DNA of 64,000 nucleotides from Octopus bimaculoides (taxonomy: Eukaryota): NCBI RefSeq assembly GCF_001194135.2, contig NC_068983.1:127100477-127164476 (forward strand), given 5' to 3'. A program made the translations under genes and the position numbers. Positions within the stretch are counted from its first letter, which is position 1, and each line of letters opens with the position of its first letter. A model generated the notes under the pieces. It had not been told where the DNA came from, made no database searches, and saw nothing but the letters and a program-made list of their open reading frames with translations. Below are positions 51,480-61,817 of the stretch, one piece after another.

Positions 51480-52345
51480 TTCCAGGGTCAGTCCCACTGC
51501 ACGGCACTTTAGGTTGTCTTCTACTATATAGCTTAAGGTCAACCACAATGTTATGAGTGTATCTAGTAGGTGGAAACTGAAGGAAACCCGTTGTATATAT
51601 CTATTGTTGTATTTTGGAACAGTGTTCCTTTTTTTTTTAATTAACAAACGTGTGTTTATTTGATTTATTTGGCACAAAAATATAGAAAATGACCATCCGA
51701 AAATACAACACAAATTATATATAAGGGTAAACACTGATATATAAATATAATANNNNNNNNNNNNNNNNNNNNNNNNNNNNNNNNNNNNNNNNNNNNNNNN
51801 NNNNNNNNNNNNNNNNNNNNNNNNNNNNNNNNNNNNNNNNNNNNNNNNNNNNNNNNNNNNNNNNNNNNNNNNNNNNNNNNNNNNNNNNNNNNNNNNNNNN
51901 NNNNNNNNNNNNNNNNNNNNNNNNNNNNNNNNNNNNNNNNNNNNNNNNNNNNNNNNNNNNNNNNNNNNNNNNNNNNNNNNNNNNNNNNNNNNNNNNNNNN
52001 NNNNNNNNNNNNNNNNNNNNNNNNNNNNNNNNNNNNNNNNNNNNNNNNNNNNNNNNNNNNNNNNNNNNNNNNNNNNNNNNNNNNNNNNNNNNNNNNNNNN
52101 NNNNNNNNNNNNATATATATATATATATATATACCTCTGTGTATGTATTTCTTTGTGTGTGTGTGTATATATATGCGTGTGTGCGTGTATGTCCCCAACC
52201 ACTGCTTGATACCGATGTTGTTGAGTTTGTGTTCCCGTAATTAGCGTTTCATTGAAACAGACCAACAGAATAAGAGCCAAATTCCAATCAACCCACTACA
52301 AATACTTTAACGTGGTGTCTCGGTATTTCCGCAGTCAAATGACAG
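51480..52345 (+). mobile_element. SINE family 1 copy split by extra sequence and a gap
   Basis: 5' part GGGTCAGTCCCACTGCACGGCAC..GGAAACTGAAGGAAACCCG; 3' part GTCCCCAACCACTGCTTGATACCGATG..CCGCAGTCAAATGAC. Confidence 0.65.
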
Positions 52346-53311
52346 ACAAAATTACGAGGTGAAAGATGAATGTGTATAGCGTGTACATTGCCAATATGTA
52401 TGCATTCAAAATATGAATGATTATTGTGTAGACTAACAGTGTTCTGATTGACAATATTTTGACGGAGATTGTTTAGCCTGTCTATGATTTCATTGACAAA
52501 ACAAACACACTAAAACACTGTACCAAACACAATTATATACAAGCATCAGATTATACACGCTCCATATAGGATTATATATTTATATGAATATAACGTAGAT
52601 AACCAAATTTATCTATAAACGAAGCGTTGAAATGTGATGAAAATACAACGAGAAAGTCATTGTCAATTGTTTTGAGATCTGGCATGACTTGAAAGGCAAT
52701 CCGGATACGGATTGGTAAGAGTAATATTCTATAAAAATGGAGAAGGAAAATGAGCCAAATCTACCGAGGACAAACGTTTCTCATCAAATATTGATACTTA
52801 CAGTATTTAAGGTTGATGTGTGCGTGTGTGAAGGAAAAGTAATCGAAAATTCGCAATATATTTGAGAGGTTGTGCGTATGTACATACACAAGTACGCATT
52901 CGTGCAAACACACACACACGCACACACACGCACACACACGCACACACATACACACACATACACAAAAACACATATATTTATATAGTTATGCACTTACAAA
53001 AGAATATCCGATTCGAATAAAAGTTTTATATTACTGGCAATCTCAGCTAAAATATTGTCTGTTACAATTCACTTGATTTCATTTTCGAAAGTACACTTGT
53101 TGTACGCTTGCCAATATATATTTTTTTAAGTAACGATGTTGTTCATTCAGCTAAAAGTGCTGTAGATGTTTACACTTTTATAAATTACGTGACGTATTAA
53201 CCTGAATTATGTGGTGGGAGGTCAAAATTATAACAATTATATGTATATATATGTATATAAATATATATATGTATATATATTTACGTATATATATACATAG
53301 TCTGTCATACC

Positions 53312-53351
53312 GGCCATGACGAAGGGAAATAGCCCTGAAACTCGAGTCGCC
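53312..53351 (+). ncRNA. hammerhead ribozyme family B relative (one-base insertion in the core)
   Basis: GGC C[A]TGACGA AGGG AAATAG CCCT GAAA CTCGAG TC GCC. Helices II and III are nearly identical to the 39014 copy, with a GUC triplet and a different 3-bp helix I. Confidence 0.65.
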
Positions 53352-54345
53352 TTTATATATATATATTTATATTTATATCTTTATATATTTGATCCTTTAT
53401 ATTGAACACTCAATATTTTATCTACATTCAATACTTTCTTTGATGGTGCCATCCATTTTTATGTTATTTTATTTTATATTGTATATTGTATATCATATTA
53501 TATATTGTATATTCCATATTCTATACCCCACATTAGTTCTGCAGGAATATAAATAAAACATAAAACACAGACAGTGTTGGAACTCTTTTAAGCAAAATAA
53601 TATATTCCTCTATACACAATCATACAAAAAAACCCCACCTTTTTTGTATTTATTTTTTACTCGCATATATATATATNNNNNNNNNNNNNNNNNNNNNNNN
53701 NNNNNNNNNNNNNNNNNNNNNNNNNNNNNNNNNNNNNNNNNNNNNNNNNNNNNNNNNNNNNNNNNNNNNNNNNNNNNNNNNNNNNNNNNNNNNNNNNNNN
53801 NNNNNNNNNNNNNNNNNNNNNNNNNNNNNNNNNNNNNNNNNNNNNNNNNNNNNNNNNNNNNNNNNNNNNNNNNNNNNNNNNNNNNNNNNNNNNNNNNNNN
53901 NNNNNNNNNNNNNNNNNNNNNNNNNNNNNNNNNNNNNNNNNNNNNNNNNNNNNNNNNNNNNNNNNNNNNNNNNNNNNNNNNNNNNNNNNNNNNNNNNNNN
54001 NNNNNNNNNNNNNNNNNNNNNNNNNNNNNNNNNNNNNNNNNNNNNNNNNNNNNNNNNNNNNNNNNNNNNNNNNNNNNNNNNNNNNNNNNNNNNNNNNNNN
54101 NNNNNNNNNNNNNNNNNNNNNNNNNNNNNNNNNNNNNNNNNNNNNNNNNNNNNNNNNNNNNNNNNNNNNNNNNNNNNNNNNNNNNNNNNNNNNNNNNNNN
54201 NNNNNNNNNNNNNNNNNNNNNNNNNNNNNNNNNNNNNNNNNNNNNNNNNNNNNNNNNNNNNNNNNNNNNNNNNNNNNNNNNNNNNNNNNNNNNNNNNNNN
54301 NNNNNNNNNNNNNNNNNNNNNNNNNNNNNNNNNNNNNNNNNNNNN

Positions 54346-54384
<39 letters not shown>

Positions 54385-54580
54385 GTATATGTTTATGTGT
54401 CTGTGCTTTTCCCACCAACATCTCTTGACAAATGATGGTAGCGTGTTTACGTCCCCGTAAGTTAGAGGTTCAGCAAAAGGGACCAAGAAAATATATACGA
54501 GGCTCAGAAAGAATAAGTCCTGCGGTCGATTTGCTCGACTGAAGGCGGTGGTCCATCATAGCCGCAGTCAACTGACTAAC
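54346..54580 (+). mobile_element. 3' half of a SINE family 1 copy
   Basis: GTGTTTACGTCCCCGTAAGTTAG..AATAAGTCCTGCGGTCGATTTGCTCGACT.AAGGCGGTG..GCCGCAGTCAA. Confidence 0.85.
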
Positions 54581-54809
54581 TTGATATTAATTGACTGTCG
54601 TCAATTGATCAAAGGGTCTTTCTGATTTTATCAAGCATTTTATTAGTTGGAGCTAGTATAGCTCTTTCACATAGCTAGTATACATGAATATAATTGACAG
54701 ATAAATTATGAACTACTGTATCCATAATATTCCTAAGAGAAAGTATCATTTGGCTGCATGTAATTTCATGTAGCTGAAGTCTTATCTTGAATGTTAATAA
54801 ACCATTATC

Positions 54810-55890
54810 AATCTTAAGAAGCTCGTATGATCACTTTGTAGAACTACTCTCAAGTTGCTTGTGAGATGAAGTTTCGTCACATATCTCCAAAGGTACGACT
54901 TTTTAAACATGCATTGATCTCATCATTTTTAATTGATTGGGGATAACTAGCCACGTTTGACGAAAATCTCCTGCAAGAACTGTTACTCCTCCCACGAGTG
55001 TATTATTGTTTTTTTTTTACATCATTGAGAGTACGGTCAAGTACATCAAGTGCTCCGCGGTGTGACAGTGCACTCATCTCAAACACTGAGGCGAGTTTCT
55101 TGGAGAGCCGTTGCTATTGCAGATTTTTTGGAGATATTGCACATTTCAGATTCTTTCATTACAAGGTTTAGGGGAACATGAACATGGAATGAGCAGTTCT
55201 TACCCCATTGAGGAGGATAGCTGCAATACAAGAAGATGCAACACAAGAAGAAGTTTAGTTTTTATTTTCACCCATTTAGCATTGCAGATGAATGCGACAA
55301 AAACAACTCTGATTTTCCAAATGTCCTGACATATATCATGGCAGTTTTTGTTCGTTCGTGCAAATGTCGTGGACCACATGTGAATTTTGATAGGAGATTC
55401 ATAAGTTGCCGCATCATTTGAATATCACCATTTGTCTTCAGAGCATCTTTCAGATGAACATAATTTTTTCACTGAAGTTTTTTTTATTGTTACGTATATA
55501 GAGAAGTCGCTCACTCTCAGCTCTAGTATGCATTTCAACCAGGTACTGCTGAAATAGATCACGATACACGTGTAATTGATTTGGTTGTTCTAGTCATAAC
55601 ATCAGTTGGTAAGAACAGGAGTCATATGACGACATCTTTTTGTTTGCAATTGGCTCTCTTGTTGCTGGTTTAATCTGTGAAATTTTGAAATGATACCGAC
55701 TTGTCCATTCCACAAAATAAGAGGATATATGAGAGTATCGTAAGCGAGATGAGTTTCTGAAACACGTTTAAGATTGTTATCTCGAGCACGAATGAGAATA
55801 TTACGATTCTCATGGGGATCACCTGCCATAAGAATGGCTACTTCGTTAGATGTGCATTCGTTAAAACTGCGTAAAATGTCCTTTACTATA
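54810..55890 (-). pseudogene. Helitron Rep-helicase pseudogene fragments joined by an internal deletion
   Basis: Rep region: FN..TSNEVAILMAGDP..NRNI.IRARDNNLKRVSETHLAYDTLIYPL..FTCGPRHLHERTKTAMIYVRTFGKSELF. PIF1 helicase: VASSCIAAILLNGVRTAHS..PLNL..LQETRLSV*DEC..GGVTVLAGDFRQ..INACLKS. Junction near 55250. Confidence 0.9.
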
Positions 55891-56303
55891 GTTTACCATA
55901 GACGTAACGAACGCGGAAACACACACCTTCTCACAGGCACATACACACTCATAGAATTAATAATATTGAAAACAACAAAACGTAGATAAAGGCAGTTCAA
56001 GTGAAACGAAAGAAAATCAATATTGGTGTAAAACATACTTTCTGTAGCATAGCTGTGCTATAATTTTTTTTAAGGAATATTACCTAAAGAGATATTCCAG
56101 TGTCGGAAAGTCATCAATTTAGCAAATATACTCGGTTAATATTTACTTTAACACCCGGACAAAAAAAAAAAAAAGATTAATTTAAAAATAAAAAAGCATG
56201 TGTATTAAATGAGCATGAAAACAAAATTTGCGCAACGAACCCGGGAGGTGGGCGAGAACTTTCGGAAAATTCACAAGATCCGATGCTTTCCCCTATAACT
56301 TAA

Positions 56304-57226
56304 CTAGCTGTTATTCCCGGTTTCACTCGGGCAGTGTGGTGGATTTGGTTAAAGGCTATTTCCTACGTATATTTTGAATAATAAAAATAACTAAAAATTA
56401 AAAAATAAAATAAAAAATTCCAAAAACAAAAAAAAAGTAAGAACAACCCCAAAAAACAATACGATACTAAGGATTTTGCGGGTCGATATTGTAAAACTAA
56501 CTTCACGTGTGTACCCATAGCCCCATGTAGTCACGGAACCTTATTCGTGGTATAACCTCACCTTAAAAGAAAAATATATGGTAGTGCGGTTGTTGTATTG
56601 GCGACACAAGAATGTTAATCGAAACTGTTCAAGATCAATCATAGGTTGGAAATTCATGTACACTGATTAGAATTGTGAATTCCAATTATTGAAAACGCGT
56701 TGCCGGATGGATACCATTGTGCAGAGTCCGTTTGTCTCAATATGGAAAAACTGTTTGAATGTCGACGTTTGAAGACATTTGTAACTGAAGTTTAAAAAAA
56801 CATAGTAATTAGAAAGAGCGTAAGCTATAGCTTTTTTTTTTAATGCAAAAAAAATTGAAATTATTATTTTTCTGTGCCTCTGATTAAAATTTTCGAAGAA
56901 CAAACCCAGCCACATTACTTGGAAAAAAATAATCTTTATTGTGCTGGTTTTTCGTAAAATTGCGCGCATGGGAAAGGCAACAAAATCGACCCTCCCCACT
57001 TTGAATGGGATACTCCTATCTTAAAAAGTAATAATCGATTATTTTGGTAACCATGGGAGTTGGAAGGCAATAAAAATCTCCTGAAAATGAGCGGACCATA
57101 CTGCCGCTCTGTGCGGAATTTCACGCGATTCCACTGCGCACGGTTCTCGAGTGAATCTGCCGACACTCACTCAATCAATCAATCAAGCAAGCAAGCGATT
57201 AAGAACACTGCAATTTATAGTATAGA
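56304..57226 (-). mobile_element. non-autonomous Helitron with canonical termini
   Basis: The minus strand begins A|TCTATACTATAAA (57226) and ends with hairpin CCCG-AGTGAAAC-CGGG, AATAACAG, CTAG|T (56304-56307). This gives 5'-TC, 3'-CTRR, an AT target and no TSD. Confidence 0.8.
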
Positions 57227-57492
57227 TGACATTTTATATAAATACCTTTCAAACGGTCTAGATTTCGATTATAAAGAAAGTTGTGGGGAGAATTTTCAGA
57301 GGGTGGTTGGAGAGGACTTTCAAAGAGAAACAAATTCATAATTTATTATTATTATTATTATTATCTTTTTTTTTTTTGCTTGAGTGTAATGGAAATAAGG
57401 GAAATAGTTCCTTTTTTACCCACCCCAATAAAATTTTAATATATATATATATAAAATGCACGTGCGGAAAATTGATTTCCTACCGTGTCTTA

Positions 57493-57711
57493 TACTAATA
57501 ATGATGAGAAAGTCATAAAAATTAAGAAATTGTCCTAAAAAAGATTTCATTTCTGTACTCAAGTTCCAATTTACCTAACGTAAATCCCTAAATTGCCTAA
57601 CTCTATGAAATTTGCCTGACCTTGGGATATGAATATACTTAATAAAGAAAATAAGTTGATTTTTTTAAATAGAAGATCTTGATTTTTATGACTTTCCCAT
57701 CATTACTATTA
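57493..57711. mobile_element. 219-bp MITE with 35-bp terminal inverted repeats
   Basis: TACTAATAATGATGAGAAAGTCATAAAAATTAAGA (57493-57527) versus the reverse complement of 57677-57711 TAATAGTAATGATGGGAAAGTCATAAAAATCAAGA: 4 mismatches, TA ends. Confidence 0.75.
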
Positions 57712-58656
57712 TCAGACATGGTAGAAAATCAATCTACCAACATGTCTATGTAAAAATAAGAAAAAAAAAAAAAATGATGCATAGGGGAATCAAAATATGT
57801 TTCTCTCATCAAGATACATGGCATCTTTTTTAAAACCTTATTGTTAGTGAAATGAAAAATAAATGAATCTTCCAACATTACTGTCACCAATGTTACAATG
57901 TACAGAAAGTCAACATTTATTTGGAACATGTACTAAATGTTATAAAATTCAGAATTGAATATCACGGTAAAAATTGTTAAGCTCCAAGAAAAAGGCATAA
58001 TTCAATTTTTCATGCAAAAATAATTTATTATTTTACAAATTTCAAACGAACGCTGAACAAAGTGTCTAGAATGGAATACGCTGCTCTTGTAAACGTTAAT
58101 CAATTAAAAACATTTCCTGAAGGATGTACGTAGCAAATCATAAATGCCTTCCACATCACTTACTGTGTAAGGTTAATATCAGGAATGCAATAAGGATGAT
58201 AGGACAGTTAAAAAAGCATTATGTTCTAACTTGTTGTAAGCACTGGAATAACATTTCTGTAATTACACAGAAAAGCCGGTAGGGCTTTCTGCATCACCAA
58301 GCTTCCAAATTTGTCACAATAATGAGAATAACCTTTTGTTTTCAGATATATTTGTGAGTGTTGTGAAAGTTGTCAAATCAGCGAAATCTTCATGGTTATA
58401 AAAACACATATCAGCATTTTACTGAAAACCGCTAACGCTGTTTAAATCGCAACTATCAATGATGAAAATAAAAATGCAAACAGTGGTAATTGAAAATGAA
58501 AGCTGTTGTTTGTTCGAAGTTCAGGCGGCAATTAAACTATGCACTTTCAAAACCGACGCATTTCAGAAAAAGTATAAAAAATAGATAGATTGATATATTC
58601 ACTGACAAGCAGAGAGATAGATCGATAGACAGACGGACAGTTCGATAAATAGATGG

Positions 58657-58657
<1 letters not shown>

Positions 58658-58731
<74 letters not shown>

Positions 58732-58746
58732 TAGATAGATAGATAT

Positions 58747-58790
<44 letters not shown>
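58658..58790. repeat. compound (TA)n(GA)n(GATA)n microsatellite
   Basis: Direct reading of the sequence. Confidence 0.95.
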
Positions 58791-59384
58791 GCAGACAAAA
58801 AGAGATGTAGTAGACGCAATTATTTGATATAATTTCGATGTATACTGTTCAAAAACTTTATGGAAACATAACAAAATTGAATTGTAAATTTTCAACAATA
58901 CCTTTAAATATGTATAATTTCAAATACATTTCAAAATTTGCAAGATATATTTAGCTCTGTAAACATCTATGGAAAATTTACACAGCAATATCTTAAAAGA
59001 AATAACTTTCATATAGACAGTCAACAATTGTAAAAACACGAAATACAATGAGTAGAAAAGAATTTGATTCTGAGATCTGTCATGATTTTCTTTTTGAAAT
59101 TATTGCAATTGAATTTTGTTTTCTGGGTATAGAACGAACACATATATGATAAACAAGAGAAATATTATTTCGCTCGGATTAAAAATTTAAATAATTGCAC
59201 AGCATATTTTATACAAGTATGATTGAATATATATCAAAATTGTTGTCAATACATTATTTTTACACAAGTATGTAGACGTAACAATACACATACAGATTTG
59301 TTAACAAATTTCTATCAATCTATAAATATACCTATATGTCTAACAAACTACCAATTTCTCTGTGTATATGTACATATGTATGCA

Positions 59385-59443
<59 letters not shown>

Positions 59444-59559
59444 ATACGCAGAGGCACCCACACACAGATACACACGAGCACATTTTCTCATGTATAATGT
59501 TTAAGATATTACTCTAGAATACATATGTATATACTTATACATATATGCATCTTTTTTTT

Positions 59560-59952
59560 TGATTTTGTTTTCCGTGCTTAAGACAGTAGATTGCGGCCAT
59601 TTTGGGGCACCACCTTTAAGGATTCTTAGTGAAAGTATTGACCTCTGTGCATTTCTTAAAGACTAGTACTGAATCTATAAATATATTCTGCCGAATCGTT
59701 AATTTGCGAGCACTGAAGCACAACAACAAACGTCTAGCGGTTTGGGGGATGGCGAAAATAGACACAAACATACACACACGCACGCACGCGCACGCATGCA
59801 TGCACAAGCACGCACAGACACACACACATGTCTTTTATACACCATATATATATATGATGAACTTCTTTCAGTTTCCGTGTGCCAAATCCACTCACAAGAA
59901 AATATGCGGTCCGAGGCTATAGAGGACAACAGCTATCCAATCTACCACGGGG
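59560..59952 (-). mobile_element. SINE family 1 copy (minus strand, 5' truncated)
   Basis: Reverse complement includes CTATAGCCTCGGACCG..TTGTGAGTGGATTTGGCACACGGAAACTGAAAGAAG and AAGGTGGTGCCCCAAAATGGCCGCAATC. Confidence 0.8.
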
Positions 59953-59957
59953 TATAA

Positions 59958-60360
59958 ATTATTTTCCCAATCACACTGTTCCAGATTCAGTCCCTTTTGC
60001 GTGAAACCTTGGACAAGTATCTTGTACTATAGTCGCAGGCCGATCAAAGCCTTGTGAGTGGATTTAGAAGACAGAAACTGAAAAGAAGCCCGTCAAATAT
60101 ATATAGAGAGCGAGAGATGTACGCATGGTGGAGTGTTGTGTGAGTGTGTGTATTTATGTGTGTGTCTTTCTGTCTGTGCTTCTCCCCCGCCACCATCGCT
60201 TGACAACCGATGTTTATGTGTTTACGTTCCCGTAATTTAGCAGGGAGAGGCCGATAGAAGAAGTACCAGACTTACAAATCGTAAGTACTGGGTTCGATTT
60301 CTTCGACCAAAAGGCGGTGCTCAAGCACGGCGCGGTCAGATGACTGAAACAAGTAAAATA
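59958..60360 (+). mobile_element. SINE family 1 copy (plus strand)
   Basis: TTCCCAATCACACTGTTCCAGATTCAGTCCC..GCCTTGTGAGTGGATTT..CATCGCTTGACAACCGATG..AAGGCGGTGCTC..GATGACTGAAACAAGTAAAA. Confidence 0.88.
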
Positions 60361-60906
60361 ATAAAATGATATATGTGCATGCATATATTATACAGACACC
60401 TACAAACATAGCGTAAATGTTTATTGTTGAAAGTACTTTGCTCAGAATTTTTATTGTTTTGTGGGGGTATACTATTTTGTGGAGTAATATCTTAAATTAT
60501 AAATTCATACATAGTAAGACATTAACTTTTTTTCTACTTGCATCACGTTCGTAGGTGATTCGGCAAATAAAGTATAATTTATAATACTGTTATGGATTGC
60601 CTAATAGCCCTATTCCTCTAATAACAGTAATAGCTTACTTACAGTTCCGACGAGTTAATTTTTTTATCCACGTGGGCCTACGTAATGTAGGGATAGCTAC
60701 TTCAGCGATTGTGGGCTAATTTTCAGCAGATTAGGATTAGTAACTTAAAAGAAACTGCAGTCACATGAGTTTGACCAGCAGCAGTGACCAATAATTGAAT
60801 TTGCAAATATGCACTTATAGCTGTTCTTACACGCATATGCACATGTAGCTAATTATGCATGCCTCTTAGTAAGTATGTAAATACACACATACACACGCAC
60901 ACACAC

Positions 60907-60940
<34 letters not shown>

Positions 60941-61817
60941 GAAGTGAGAGTGATGCGATGGATATAGATAGATAGATAAAATTTCAGCATGGACCAATTG
61001 TTAATTTTTTTTTTTTTTTGAGAATTGCTTCAAGCACACATTTGTCTGTTTCGGTATCTGATTACTTGCCCCGGTTTCTAGGGGATTTTAAAAAGAGAAA
61101 TTGTTCACAATGTAATTTTGCATGCTCTCCCAGCTTATACAAAACATAACTGACGTTAGAATAACTTCTTTACGCAAAAGCAGTTCTCCAAGAATATATT
61201 TCTCAATATATTTCTCAATCGATAGCCCTAACACATTTACGAACATCTAAAATAGAAGCCGCATTTACTTAGTAAATTATGACCATGACACGAATGCATA
61301 AACTTAATATTCTTCAGCTTCGTTTAATGTGTATAGTTATACCCATGTGTAAATGAATTTTATACGTGCACACCTGTGTGTATGTGTGTCTATATGTATG
61401 TACGTATGTATGAATGTATGAGTGCATGTATGTAAGTATATGGGTATATTTGTATGCATGTATGTATGTATGTATGTATGTATGTATGTGCGTGCCCATG
61501 TTGGTGTGTGCGCGCACATATGAGTTTCATTGGAAAATTTTATGAGATATCAATACATCGTTGATATAGTTCGGCTGATATTCCCGAATGATCAGAGTGA
61601 CAAGAGAAGTTGTGACTGAATATAAATAAATATTCTAACTCGGCAGCTGATTATACGAGTTTTCAAGTACGCCAGATGTGTCTGATTCGATTTGATAACT
61701 AAAATGTATTTCTCTATTGACAGGTTTTTATAAATTACATTTGACTATGAGTGATACGAAGATTTTGAAGTGAAATCGATAACAAAGGCGTCTGACATAT
61801 AAAATAACTGAAAATCG

